A DNA stretch of 64,000 nt. Source: Alphaproteobacteria bacterium. Lineage in GTDB: Bacteria > Pseudomonadota > Alphaproteobacteria > CALKHQ01. The notes beneath the pieces are model-generated. The model ran no database searches and was not told the DNA's origin. It saw only the letters and a list, made by a program, of their open reading frames with translations. Shown piece after piece: positions 19,341 through 29,343 of the stretch. A program made the position numbers and the translations under genes. Each line of letters begins with the position of its first letter. The first letter of the stretch is position 1. Location of the stretch: NCBI GenBank assembly GCA_965227515.1, contig CBDDFZ010000001.1, positions 1,120,001 to 1,184,000 of the forward strand. The letters are read 5' to 3'.

Positions 19341-20078
19341 ATGGCTGAGATGGCAGGCGCATCGCGCGACGACCTTGCACACAGCCTCGGCCACACGTTC
19401 GAGCGGCCGCAATTGCTGCGTGCTGCGCTGACCCACAACAGCGCGCGGCGCGATGGCGGCGTCGCCTCCGAATACCAGCGGCTCGAGTTCCTCGGCGACC
19501 GTGTGCTCGGCCTCGTCGTTGCCGAGTTGCTGTATCTGACCTTTCCGGGTGACGACGAGGGCAACCTCGCCGCCCGCCATGCCACCCTGGTGCGGCGCGA
19601 GGCGCTGGCCAAGGTGGCCCGTGCCATCGACCTGGGCCGTCATATCGTGGTCGCGCCCGGCGAGGCGGAGGCCAATTTGCGCAAGAACCCCGGCGTCTTG
19701 GCCGACACCTGCGAGGCTGTAATCGCCGCGATCTATCTCGACGGCGGTCTCGATGCCGCCCGCCGGTTCGTCGAGGCGAGGTGGCAGCCGTTGATGGACG
19801 CGGCGCCGGCGCCGCAGCGCGATCCCAAGACGGCGCTACAGGAATGGGCCCAGGCCCGCGGCCTGCCGCTGCCCGTCTATGCGGAGGTCGCACGCTCCGG
19901 TCCCGACCATGCGCCGGTGTTCGTGATGACCGCGACAGTGGAGGGGATCGCGCCGGCCGAGGCGGAAGGCACCTCGAAACGGTTGGCCGAGCAACGCGCG
20001 GCGGAGCGGTTGCTGGAAACGGTATCCGGAAATGCCGAAGCAGGCGCGGCCCGGCAGGCCGGGGGCGGTACGGGGTGA
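19341..20078 (+). CDS. rnc: Ribonuclease III
   Basis: YQRLEFLGDRVLGL signature, DPKTALQEWAQ dsRBD. Confidence 0.97.
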   Translation: MAEMAGASRDDLAHSLGHTFERPQLLRAALTHNSARRDGGVASEYQRLEFLGDRVLGLVVAELLYLTFPGDDEGNLAARHATLVRREALAKVARAIDLGRHIVVAPGEAEANLRKNPGVLADTCEAVIAAIYLDGGLDAARRFVEARWQPLMDAAPAPQRDPKTALQEWAQARGLPLPVYAEVARSGPDHAPVFVMTATVEGIAPAEAEGTSKRLAEQRAAERLLETVSGNAEAGAARQAGGGTG

Positions 20079-20980
20079 GCGAGACGCCTGAAACCAAGTG
20101 CGGCTTCGTCGCCCTGATCGGCGCGCCGAACGCCGGCAAGTCGACCCTGCTCAACCGCATGGTTGGCACCAAGGTCTCCATCGTCACGCCGAAGGTGCAG
20201 ACCACGCGCGCGCAGGTGCGCGGCATCCTGGTCGCCGGCCAGACCCAGCTCGTGTTCATCGACACGCCGGGCATCTTCGCACCGAAGCGCCGCCTGGAAC
20301 GCGCGATGGTGGCGGCCGCCTGGTCGGGCGTGTCCGATGCCGACCAGGTCGCCCTGCTGGTCGACGCACGCCGCGGCTTGAAGGGCGGCACGGCGGAGAT
20401 CGTCGCCCGGCTGGCCGAGACCCGCGACGACGCCATCCTAATCCTCAACAAGATCGACTTGGTGGCGCGGCCCAGCCTGCTCGGACTGGCGGCGAAGCTG
20501 AACGAGGTCGGCCGCTTCGCCGAGACCTTCATGATCTCGGCCGAGAAGGGCGACGGGGTGGACGACCTGGTGCGCCATCTGGCCGACGCCGCGGCACCCG
20601 GGCCGTGGCACTACCCGGAGGACCAGCTCTCCGACTTCTCCGACCGGCTTATGGCGGCAGAGATCACCCGCGAGAAGCTGTTCCTGGCCCTGCGCGAGGA
20701 GTTGCCCTACGCCCTGACCGTGGAGACCGAGGGCTGGACGGCGTTCGAAGACGGCAGCGTGCGCATCGACCAGACCATCTATGTCGGCCGCGACAACCAC
20801 AAGGGCATCGTGCTCGGCAAGGGCGGCCAGGAGATCCGCGCTGTCCGCGAGGCGGCGCAGAAGGAGATCGCGGAGATCCTGGACCAGCCGGTCCACCTGT
20901 TCGTGTTCGTCAAGGTGCGCGAGGGCTGGATCGACGACCCGGAACGCTACAGCCCCTGGGGCCTCGACTTCGACGCGTAG
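20075..20980 (+). CDS. era: GTPase Era
   Basis: GAPNAGKSTL, DTPG, NKID, KH domain; GTGA overlap with rnc. Confidence 0.97.
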   Translation: MSETPETKCGFVALIGAPNAGKSTLLNRMVGTKVSIVTPKVQTTRAQVRGILVAGQTQLVFIDTPGIFAPKRRLERAMVAAAWSGVSDADQVALLVDARRGLKGGTAEIVARLAETRDDAILILNKIDLVARPSLLGLAAKLNEVGRFAETFMISAEKGDGVDDLVRHLADAAAPGPWHYPEDQLSDFSDRLMAAEITREKLFLALREELPYALTVETEGWTAFEDGSVRIDQTIYVGRDNHKGIVLGKGGQEIRAVREAAQKEIAEILDQPVHLFVFVKVREGWIDDPERYSPWGLDFDA

Positions 20981-21009
20981 GTATGGGTGAGCTTGCGCTG
21001 ACCAGAGCA

Positions 21010-21120
21010 TGATCATTTAAGTCGGCACCGGCCCTCTCCCCCACCCGGCCACCCACGTGAGTATCCTGCTGGGTGGCCGGGTGGGGGAGAGGGCTGGCGC
21101 AGATTCAGCGTAAGCTGATC
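21010..21120 (-). repeat. Dispersed hairpin element, copy B
   Basis: Flanks are the reverse complement of copy A, but the loop (CGTGAGTATCCTGC) reads the same way as copy A on +. Confidence 0.9.
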
Positions 21121-21147
21121 CCGGTCTAAGCATAAGCGACCAATAAT

Positions 21148-21945
21148 CTATTCCGTATCCCGCCGCCGATAGACCAGCCAGTAGACCATCGCCACCAGCA
21201 CACCGCCGCCGATGATGTTGCCGGCGGTGACGACGGCGAGGTTGACGATCATCCCGCCGAAGTCGACTGCCTCCGCGCCGGACAGCCAACCCACCGGGAT
21301 CAGGAACATGTTGGCGACCGAGTGCTCGAAGCCGAGGGCGACGAAGCCGGCGATGGGAAATACGATGGCCAGGATCTTGTCGGTCACCGACCGGGCGGCG
21401 AAGCACAGCCACACCGCCAGGCAGACCAGCACGTTGCACAGGATGCCGCGGATCAGCATCTCGCCCAGCGGCAGCGCCACCTTGCCTTCGGCGATGGCGG
21501 CGGCAGTCGCCGCGACCCCGCCATCGGCCATGCCATAGATGCCGGACCAGTGGGCGAAGAACGCGGTGGCCACCGCGCCGATCAGGTTGCCCAGATAGAC
21601 CAGCCCCCAGTTGCGCAGCAGCCGGCCGGTGGAGATCAGCCGGTCGGCCCAGCCGAACACGATCAGGCTGTTGCCGGTGAACAGTTCGGCGCCACCGACA
21701 ATGACCAGGATCAGGCCGAGCGAGAACGCTGCACCGCCCAGCAAGCGGGCCGGCCCGAACCCCATGCCGCTGTCGGTGACCACCACCGTGTAGAGCATGG
21801 CGCCAAAGCCGATGAAGGCGCCGGCCAGAATGGCCAGCACCAGCGTCGGCACGGTGCCGAGCATGGATTTGGCGACGCCCGCCGTCTCCACCCGGCCGGC
21901 GATCTCAGCCGGCGTGTAGGCATCCCAACCGGTGTTCTGCGTCAT
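21148..21945 (-). CDS. Formate/nitrite transporter (FNT) family channel
   Basis: GAELFTGN, GILCNVLVCLAVW, GFEHSVANMF, GNIIGG. Confidence 0.93.
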   Translation of the reverse strand: MTQNTGWDAYTPAEIAGRVETAGVAKSMLGTVPTLVLAILAGAFIGFGAMLYTVVVTDSGMGFGPARLLGGAAFSLGLILVIVGGAELFTGNSLIVFGWADRLISTGRLLRNWGLVYLGNLIGAVATAFFAHWSGIYGMADGGVAATAAAIAEGKVALPLGEMLIRGILCNVLVCLAVWLCFAARSVTDKILAIVFPIAGFVALGFEHSVANMFLIPVGWLSGAEAVDFGGMIVNLAVVTAGNIIGGGVLVAMVYWLVYRRRDTE

Positions 21946-22067
21946 GTCCACGATCCTCTGCCAATACCCCTAGTGCATAGATAAGCACGGCATTGCCGGC
22001 GCGTAACCGGTCCAACAGTCGCGCAAGGCTGTGGCGAGTTGGCACGCGCAAGCCGATAATCGCGACC

Positions 22068-22787
22068 ATGGAATGGAGCGACGAGGCGGTGATTCTGTCG
22101 GCGCGGCGCCATGGCGAGGCAGCCCTGGTGGTGAACGTGCTGACGCCGAGCCAGGGCCGGCATGCCGGCCTGGTGCCGGGCGGCGCCGGCTCCAAGCGAC
22201 GCGCGACCTACCAGCCCGGCAATATCGTGCAGGCGCGCTGGCGGGCGCGGCTGGCGGATCATCTCGGCACCCTGACCTGCGAGCCGGTGACGACGCTGTC
22301 GGCGCTGTGCCTGGACGATGCGGAGCGGCTGACCGCGCTCACCGCCGTGTGTGCGCTGACCGAGGCCTGCCTGCCCGAGCGGCTGCCGATGCCTGAGCTG
22401 CACGACGCCGTCGTCGGCCTGTTGAGCGCCATTGCCGCCGATATCCCCGACTGGCGGGTGCGCTATGTGCGCTGGGAGCTTGGGCTGCTCGCCGCCTTGG
22501 GCTACGGCCTCGACCTCAGCGCCTGCGCTGTGACCGGGGAGACCGAGAACCTGGCCTATGTCTCGCCCCGCAGCGGGCGCGCGGTCAGCGAGGACGGGGC
22601 CGGGCCCTATCGCGAGCGCCTGTTGCCTCTGCCGGCCGTGCTGCTGGGTGGCGACAATGCGGAAACCGCCGACCTGGTGGCGGCGCTGACCACCACCGGC
22701 CATTTCCTGGAACGCCACGTGCTGAGCCTGATGGACAAGCCACTGCCCGACGCGCGCCACCGGCTCCTGACGCGTTGGCGGCAGTGA
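22068..22787 (+). CDS. recO: DNA repair protein RecO
   Basis: MEWSDEAVILSARRHGE, LGYGLDLSACAVTG, YVSPRSGRAVS. Confidence 0.96.
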   Translation: MEWSDEAVILSARRHGEAALVVNVLTPSQGRHAGLVPGGAGSKRRATYQPGNIVQARWRARLADHLGTLTCEPVTTLSALCLDDAERLTALTAVCALTEACLPERLPMPELHDAVVGLLSAIAADIPDWRVRYVRWELGLLAALGYGLDLSACAVTGETENLAYVSPRSGRAVSEDGAGPYRERLLPLPAVLLGGDNAETADLVAALTTTGHFLERHVLSLMDKPLPDARHRLLTRWRQ

Positions 22788-22802
22788 AGCCGACGTTGTG
22801 CT

Positions 22803-22823
22803 TGTACGGGTTTAATCCGTACA
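22803..22823. promoter_or_regulatory. Putative TA autoregulatory operator
   Basis: TGTACGG-N7-CCGTACA inverted repeat ~30 bp upstream of the antitoxin. Confidence 0.6.
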
Positions 22824-22852
22824 CTACATTATGACGGGATTGGAGAGTTTCA

Positions 22853-23128
22853 ATGCCACGCAACGTTGCCGATAACCAGCGCCTGGAACTGCGCCTCAAG
22901 TCGTCTGAGAAGGCGCTGTTGGCGCGCGCAGCCGCTTTGCAGCGCCAGGACCTGACCGGCTTCATTCTCAGCTCCGTCCTGCCACGGGCTGAGCAAGTGT
23001 TGCGTGAGACAGAGACGCTGCCGCTGTCCGCCCGCGACAGCTTGCGCGTGCTCGAGCTGCTCGAAAATCCTCCCGAGCCGACCGATAGGCTGATCCGCGC
23101 GGCCGCTGCCGACAAACGGCTGGCGTGA
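22853..23128 (+). CDS. DUF1778 (TacA/AtaR-like RHH) antitoxin
   Basis: RLELRL...EKALLARAAAL...LTGFIL, LLENPPEPTDRL. Confidence 0.88.
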   Translation: MPRNVADNQRLELRLKSSEKALLARAAALQRQDLTGFILSSVLPRAEQVLRETETLPLSARDSLRVLELLENPPEPTDRLIRAAAADKRLA

Positions 23129-23658
23129 CTTCCGCGCAGTGGATCGAGGCGCCCATCGGCAAGCAACATGATCGGGCAAGCTTCGATTGCGGTACTGCCG
23201 AACTCAATGACTACCTGAAGCGGTTCGCACGCCAGAACCATCGCCTCGGCGGCGCCAAGACGTTCGTGGCGGTATTGCCGAATGAGACGAAGCGTGTCCT
23301 GGGTTTCTATTCCCTCAGCCCGGCTAGCCTGCAATACGAACGAACGCCTGACATTGTCCGCAAAGGCTTGGCACGGCACGACGTGCCCATGTTTCGTTTG
23401 GGCCGCCTGGCTGTCGATGTGAGGTGGCAGCGGCGGGGACTAGGCGGCCAACTCTTGATCGCTGCTGCGCAACGCTGCATGGCGGCTGCTGAGGAAGTCG
23501 GTGGGGTCGGTTTGTTGATCGATGCCAAGGATGACCGCGCTGCCGCTTGGTACGAGGGTTATGGCGCAGTCCGGCTGAACGATGAGCCGAACTGCCTGGT
23601 GATCGGATTTGCTACGATTCGCGCGGCAATCGAACGCGCGCGTTCACCGGGACTATAA
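23125..23658 (+). CDS. GNAT acetyltransferase toxin (TacT/AtaT-like)
   Basis: HDRASFDCG..LNDYL, LGRLAVD..WQRRGLGGQLL, LLIDAKDDRAAAWY; GTGA overlap with the antitoxin. Confidence 0.9.
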   Translation: MTSAQWIEAPIGKQHDRASFDCGTAELNDYLKRFARQNHRLGGAKTFVAVLPNETKRVLGFYSLSPASLQYERTPDIVRKGLARHDVPMFRLGRLAVDVRWQRRGLGGQLLIAAAQRCMAAAEEVGGVGLLIDAKDDRAAAWYEGYGAVRLNDEPNCLVIGFATIRAAIERARSPGL

Positions 23659-23662
23659 CATT

Positions 23663-24859
23663 CTAGGCCGTTTCCAGCGCCTTGACGCCGGGCAGGTCCT
23701 TGCCCTCCAGCCACTCCAGGAACGCGCCGCCGGCCGTCGACACATAGGTCATGTGCTGCTCGACGCCGGCATGGGCGAGGGCGGCCACCGTGTCGCCGCC
23801 GCCGGCGACGCTGGTCAGCGTGCCGCCGATGGTGGCATCGGCCACGGCCTGGGCGATGCGATTGGTCGCGACATCGAACGGCGGCACCTCGAACGCGCCC
23901 ACCGGCCCGTTCCACAGCACGGTGCGGCAGGCGGCGATGCGGGCGGCGATGTCCTCGGCCGCGCGTGGGCCGATATCCAGGATCATGGCGTCGCCGGGCA
24001 CCTGGCCGATGTCGACGATTTTGGTGTCCACGCCCTCGGCCAGGCTGGCGGCCACCACGGCGTCGACCGGCAGCACGATCTCGCAGCCGTTGGTCGTGGC
24101 CGTCTGCATGATCTGCCGCGCGGTATCGGCCAGGTCGCGCTCGCACAGCGAGGCGCCGACGTCGACACCCTGGGCGTGCAGGAACGTGTTGGCCATGCCG
24201 CCGCCGATGACAAGCTGGTCGACCTTGCCGCTGATGTTGCCCAGCACGTCGAGCTTGGTCGAGACCTTGGCGCCGCCGACAATCGCCATCGCCGGGCGGG
24301 CGGGGTTGCCGAGCGCGGATTCCAGAGCTTCCAGCTCGCCCTGCATGGCGCGGCCGGCCGCTGCCGGCAACAGGTGGGCGAGCCCCTCGGTCGACGCATG
24401 CGCCCGGTGCGCGGCAGAGAACGCGTCGTTGACGTAGAGGTCGCCTGACTGGGCAAGCGCCGCCGCGAAGGCCGGGTCGTTCTTCTCCTCGCCGGCGTGG
24501 AAGCGCAAATTCTCCAGCAGCAGAATGTCGCCGTCGCTCATATCCGCCACCGCTTCCGCCGCGACGGGACCGATGCAGTCGCGCGCGAAACCGACCGGTC
24601 GGCCGAGCGTTTCCGCCAACGCCTCGGCGACGGGGGCCAGCGACATATCGTCGACCCGCGCGCCTTTCGGCCGCCCGAAATGGGCCAGCAGGATGACGCG
24701 GGCGCCACGGTCGGCAAGGTCGGCCAGGGTTGGCACCACCCGCTCCAGCCGCGTGCGGTCGCCAACCACGCCGTCTTTCATCGGGACGTTCAGGTCCACC
24801 CGCACCAGCACGCGCTTGCCGGCGACATCCAGATCGTCCAGGGTTCGAAATCCGGCCAT
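23663..24859 (-). CDS. pgk: Phosphoglycerate kinase
   Basis: [42 protein letters not shown]. Confidence 0.98.
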   Translation of the reverse strand: MAGFRTLDDLDVAGKRVLVRVDLNVPMKDGVVGDRTRLERVVPTLADLADRGARVILLAHFGRPKGARVDDMSLAPVAEALAETLGRPVGFARDCIGPVAAEAVADMSDGDILLLENLRFHAGEEKNDPAFAAALAQSGDLYVNDAFSAAHRAHASTEGLAHLLPAAAGRAMQGELEALESALGNPARPAMAIVGGAKVSTKLDVLGNISGKVDQLVIGGGMANTFLHAQGVDVGASLCERDLADTARQIMQTATTNGCEIVLPVDAVVAASLAEGVDTKIVDIGQVPGDAMILDIGPRAAEDIAARIAACRTVLWNGPVGAFEVPPFDVATNRIAQAVADATIGGTLTSVAGGGDTVAALAHAGVEQHMTYVSTAGGAFLEWLEGKDLPGVKALETA

Positions 24860-25008
24860 GGTCGAAGTCCTCCTGTGGAGTCAACGCTAACGCCGTTGTC
24901 GGGTTGCAGGCGGCGGACGTCAACTAGCGCGTATCGCCGCATGGTCATGGCGGCGTCATATTCCCATGTTGAGTGGCAGGTGTGAGCGCATCAGCGACAG
25001 AGGCACAT

Positions 25009-26082
25009 ATGTCCGACGCCATGGCCATCGATGCTCGGGATGACGGCACCAGGGGCCCGGCGGGCCCTTCGATCGGCCAGCTCGCGCGTTTCGCCTGGTT
25101 CTACGGCTCGTACCGGCTGGCCGAGCGCCGCGTGGAGAAGGTGGCGCTGCCCGATGAGCTGAGGGGCCGTATGCCGGACCGCAAGGCGCTGGTGGGCTCG
25201 CTGTTCGACCTGCTGCGCCAGGACCACGCCAACATCGCCAATGGCGTCTATCCGGCGCCGGCCGACTGGGCCCCGCGCCCGCTCTCCTGGCTGGGCAAGG
25301 CGCGCGCCTTCTTCGGCGACTTGGCGGCGGTCGACGCGCGCCGCCACGCGCCGGCCGGCAACCGCGAGGTGCTGGCGGCGGACCCGGCAGTGGTGGACGG
25401 CTATCCGCGCTACTACGCACAGAACTTCCACTACCAGACAGACGGCTACCTGAGCGACAAGTCGGCCAGCCTCTACGATTATCAGGTCGAGGTGCTGTTC
25501 ACCGGCGGGGCCGACGCGATGCGGCGGATGGCGATTCCGCCGCTGGTCGACGCCTTCGCGCGCACGGCCAAGCGTTCGCCGAGCATTCTGGACCTGGCCT
25601 GCGGCACCGCGCGCACCGGACAATTCCTCAAGGACCGCTGGCCGCGCGCCCGGCTGACGGCGATGGACTTGAGCCCGTTCTACCTGGCCGAGGCGCGGCG
25701 CCAACTCAGGCGGCGCAGCCGGGTCGAGTTCGTCTGCGCCAATGGCGAGGCGATCCCGCTGCCCGACGATGCCATGGACGCGGTGGTGTGCGTGTTCACC
25801 TTCCACGAGCTGCCGCCGAAGATCCGCCCGATCGTGGCGGCTGAGATGGCGCGAGTGGTGCGGCCCGGCGGGCGGGTGGTGCTGGTGGATTCGCTGCAGC
25901 GCGGCGACGTGCCGGACTTCGATGCCCTGCTGGAATTCTTCCCCATCGCCTATCACGAGCCCTACTTCACCAGCTATCTGGACGAGGACCTTGAGCGCCT
26001 GTTCCGCCAGGCCGGTCTGCTGCCGCGACGGGTCGAGACGGCCTATCTGGCCAAGGTCTGCGTGTTCGACAAGGCGGGTTAG
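25009..26082 (+). CDS. Class I SAM-dependent methyltransferase
   Basis: YPRYYAQNFHYQTDGYLS, LDLACGTAR, FHELPP, RVVRPGG. Confidence 0.88.
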   Translation: MSDAMAIDARDDGTRGPAGPSIGQLARFAWFYGSYRLAERRVEKVALPDELRGRMPDRKALVGSLFDLLRQDHANIANGVYPAPADWAPRPLSWLGKARAFFGDLAAVDARRHAPAGNREVLAADPAVVDGYPRYYAQNFHYQTDGYLSDKSASLYDYQVEVLFTGGADAMRRMAIPPLVDAFARTAKRSPSILDLACGTARTGQFLKDRWPRARLTAMDLSPFYLAEARRQLRRRSRVEFVCANGEAIPLPDDAMDAVVCVFTFHELPPKIRPIVAAEMARVVRPGGRVVLVDSLQRGDVPDFDALLEFFPIAYHEPYFTSYLDEDLERLFRQAGLLPRRVETAYLAKVCVFDKAG

Positions 26083-29000
26083 TTTTCCCCCTCTCCGTCC
26101 GCGTCACCGTCGGGGCAGACAAACACAGCGCCATTGTCGTCAAAGCCGACCACGTCGCAGAGTTCGTATTCCTCGACGTCGTAGGCGGGCAACGGCTCGC
26201 GGCCGGCGAGGCCGGGCCGGTCCCAGTCCACGAACTGCAGCGTCACCTCGAATTCCGCGACCGTGCCGTCGCGATCCAGGATGTAGGCAACCACCCTGAG
26301 CGGCCCGACGTCCGGACGGTCGACGGTGAAGGTGAACAGGCCGGTCTCCAGATCGGGCCGGACAATCGCGCTTTGCGTGACACCTCCGGAGCCCAGGCTC
26401 GGACCCGAGGCGAGATAGGGCGCGTCGACCGTCAGCGTTGCGGACGCATCGGTCTCCACCACCAGCGTGTGGTCGCCCGACGGCCAGTCGAAGTCGGCGC
26501 CCTCGGGCAGCCGCAGCGACCCGGTGACGACGATGCCGCCGCTGCCGACCTCGGCGACCTCGGGCAAAGGCGCCAGCAACAGGCCGAAGGTGTCGCTGTT
26601 GTCGACCCCGACCACGGTCAGGATCAGCGGCTCCGGCGCGCCGGGGGTGGAGATCACGATGGTCTGGCTGCCCTCGGCCGGGTGCCAGGCAGCCGGCAGC
26701 TCGCCGTCGCCCCATCGCGCGATGCCGTCGTCGCCGCTGATCGGCCGTGCGCCGATCAGGCCGACCTCGCCATTGCCCTCGACCGACAGGCGCAGGGCCA
26801 CGTCCGCGCGCGGTGCGCCGTCGTCGTCGGGCGCGGAGGATACCACCATCACCTCGATGGGGATGGGGGTGTCGGCATGGATATCGACATCCTCGATCCG
26901 GTAGCTGCCATCGGGCTGCAGATAGCCGGCCATGCCGGGCCCGAACGCCAATTCGATGTCGGTCGGGTGGTCGGTGAAACGGACCGGCGCCTGCCCCAGT
27001 GCGTCACCCCACATGGCATAGCGCCCGCCGGCGCCGACGAACCGGATCGCGACGTCGCCCGGATACTCGCTCGCGGCGAAGACGGTGAAGCGCCCGTCTT
27101 CGTCCGGCGCCACCACGACCGCGATATCGCCGCCGAGAGTGCCCGCCGTGTCGGACAGGGTGGCTAGACCGTCGGTGATCGCGCGAATGCCGTGCAGATC
27201 CTCATCCCAGCCGATCGGCGCGGCCTGGCCGATCTCGCCGTCGCGATTGGCGACCCTGCGCAGAAGCTGGGCGTGCAACTCGATCTGCTCGGCGCTGGCA
27301 GCCATCGCCTCGGCGCTCGCCGGCACGATCCGGCGCACCTCGACCACATAGTCGTAGGTCTCGATCTCGCCGGGCCGCTCGGCGCGCTCACCGTGGGCCA
27401 CGGTCAGCAGGAACGGCGTGATGGCCGGCTCTGCCGGGGTGGCAAACGCGATCCACGCAATACCGTGGCTGTCGGTGACGGTTTCGGGCGCGCCGCCCGC
27501 CGGGCCGTCCCATTCGACCTCCACCGTGGCACCGCTGACCGGCAGCCACGCGCCACCGACCAGGGCCACTACCTCGACCTCGCCGGCCATCTCGGTGCCG
27601 GCAAGGACCGTGAAGTCGCGGTGCGGATTGTCCTCGTCGTAGGTATCGGCCGGCTGCAGGCTGGCCAGCTCCACCCGCCAGGCCGCCCCAGCAGGCACCT
27701 GGTCGGCCGGGATCGCATGGGCGACCAGCACCGCGTGCGGCCCGGAGGCGCGGGCCTGGCGCCAACCGTCGGGCGTCGTATATGGGCCAAGCTCGTCGGC
27801 CGGCGCCGCGCCGGCCGCGGTCATCATCTCGTCCAGCACGTTCTCGGCATCCAGCAGGTCGTCGACATCGTGCTCCTGGCCGGAAACCGCCGGCTCGCGG
27901 CTGATGCGGATATTGCGCGGGGTGCCGTCGCTGGCCTCGGTGAACTGGATCAGGATGTTGTCGGTGGGGGCGTCGGCGCCGGGCGGCGTGCACGTCACCA
28001 CGACAGAGGCCTTGCCGGTCACCGTCCATTGCAGGCCGGCGACCTGCAGCCGATGGCCGTCGATCACCACGTCGTCGGAAAGCTGCAGGAAGTACGCCGG
28101 GCTCAGGCCCATGCGGTCGAGTTGGGCGCGGTACTCCAGCAGCACCCGATCCAGAAGTTCCGCCAGTTTCTCCTGCGCCAGTGCATTGCCGGCCCAGTTG
28201 CCCGCGTTGATCTCCTGGGTCGCCAACCAGCGGGCGAAGTTGTTCATTTCCTGCGACGCACTGGTGTGGTCGAGCCACTGGTGCATGCGCAGGGACACGT
28301 TCGACAGCGCGCGATGGAAGCTGACGTCGAGCACGCCGTTGGTGAAGGCGGAGAACAGGTTGGAGCGCCAGTTCTGCGTCACCGGAAAGCCGCGGATGAA
28401 GTTGCCGGTGAACGACTTCACCATGTTCACGCCGACGCTGATGATGAACTGCTTGGCGAGCGCGCGCACGCTGCTGACACTGGCCGTGCCGCCGGTCAGG
28501 ACGGTTGCCGCGCCGTCGATGACGAGGCCGACGCCGACCGCGCCCGCTTCCTGCAGGAAGTCGACCACCATGCCGGCTGCCCGGTGCCCGCCGAAGTAAC
28601 GGCTGGCGGCGGCCTCGCAGGCGTTCTCGCCATCCAGCGCGTTGCTGAGGTTGTAGGACAGGATCGCATCTATCTGGCCGTCGTCATCCACGAACGGCGA
28701 CCCGTGGATCGGCTCGGCAACCGGGCGATAGAGCGGGATCAGGGCGAAGTTCGTCGCCGTGTCTGCCGGCGGGAAGACCGTGGCGCTGTAAAGCGCGATG
28801 CCGCCGCCCAGGTCGCGAGCGGTCATGTCGGTCTCGCTGCCGCCATGGACCAGCAGCATCCGGAAGTCGTCGACGTTGTCGGCGCGCACCTCGGCTTCCA
28901 CGCTCACCGCGCCGCTGCCGCCCTCCGGCAGCGGGATCACCAACGGCTCGGCCGTGCCGGCATAGGGCGCGACGGAGTGGGACAGTCCGCCGCCGCTGAT

Positions 29001-29156
29001 GCCGATCCGAAGAATGTCGATGGTCGGCGCCTGTTCGACGATGGACGACTGGGCAGCCGCGGGGCCGATGCCGGCCAGCACCCCGGCCAGTACCCAGGCG
29101 AGCAATGCCAGTGCCGCGCAAATGCCCGCTGTCCCGGTGCGATTCGCTGCCCTCAT
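26079..29156 (-). CDS. Large exported acidic multidomain protein (Ig-like repeats plus a helical insert), function unknown
   Basis: 1025-aa ORF with signal peptide (..GIGPAAAQ); beta-rich segments such as PVSGATVEV..TVTDSHGIA, SGDDGIAR. Confidence 0.7.
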   Translation of the reverse strand: MRAANRTGTAGICAALALLAWVLAGVLAGIGPAAAQSSIVEQAPTIDILRIGISGGGLSHSVAPYAGTAEPLVIPLPEGGSGAVSVEAEVRADNVDDFRMLLVHGGSETDMTARDLGGGIALYSATVFPPADTATNFALIPLYRPVAEPIHGSPFVDDDGQIDAILSYNLSNALDGENACEAAASRYFGGHRAAGMVVDFLQEAGAVGVGLVIDGAATVLTGGTASVSSVRALAKQFIISVGVNMVKSFTGNFIRGFPVTQNWRSNLFSAFTNGVLDVSFHRALSNVSLRMHQWLDHTSASQEMNNFARWLATQEINAGNWAGNALAQEKLAELLDRVLLEYRAQLDRMGLSPAYFLQLSDDVVIDGHRLQVAGLQWTVTGKASVVVTCTPPGADAPTDNILIQFTEASDGTPRNIRISREPAVSGQEHDVDDLLDAENVLDEMMTAAGAAPADELGPYTTPDGWRQARASGPHAVLVAHAIPADQVPAGAAWRVELASLQPADTYDEDNPHRDFTVLAGTEMAGEVEVVALVGGAWLPVSGATVEVEWDGPAGGAPETVTDSHGIAWIAFATPAEPAITPFLLTVAHGERAERPGEIETYDYVVEVRRIVPASAEAMAASAEQIELHAQLLRRVANRDGEIGQAAPIGWDEDLHGIRAITDGLATLSDTAGTLGGDIAVVVAPDEDGRFTVFAASEYPGDVAIRFVGAGGRYAMWGDALGQAPVRFTDHPTDIELAFGPGMAGYLQPDGSYRIEDVDIHADTPIPIEVMVVSSAPDDDGAPRADVALRLSVEGNGEVGLIGARPISGDDGIARWGDGELPAAWHPAEGSQTIVISTPGAPEPLILTVVGVDNSDTFGLLLAPLPEVAEVGSGGIVVTGSLRLPEGADFDWPSGDHTLVVETDASATLTVDAPYLASGPSLGSGGVTQSAIVRPDLETGLFTFTVDRPDVGPLRVVAYILDRDGTVAEFEVTLQFVDWDRPGLAGREPLPAYDVEEYELCDVVGFDDNGAVFVCPDGDADGEGEN

Positions 29157-29343
29157 GTCCGCCGCTCCCCTGCCAACTGTGACGCGAATTTGTCACGCGG
29201 GCGAGCATATGCGCCAACTATGGCAATTTGGCGTGGCTTGAGGGGTATTACCGGCAATTGGGTTGTTCGCCCGTTCCCGAAGTTGATAGTTTCGGCCCGA
29301 CTCCAAGGCATAGCGCAGCAGGGGATAATGGCGGGGCCGAACC

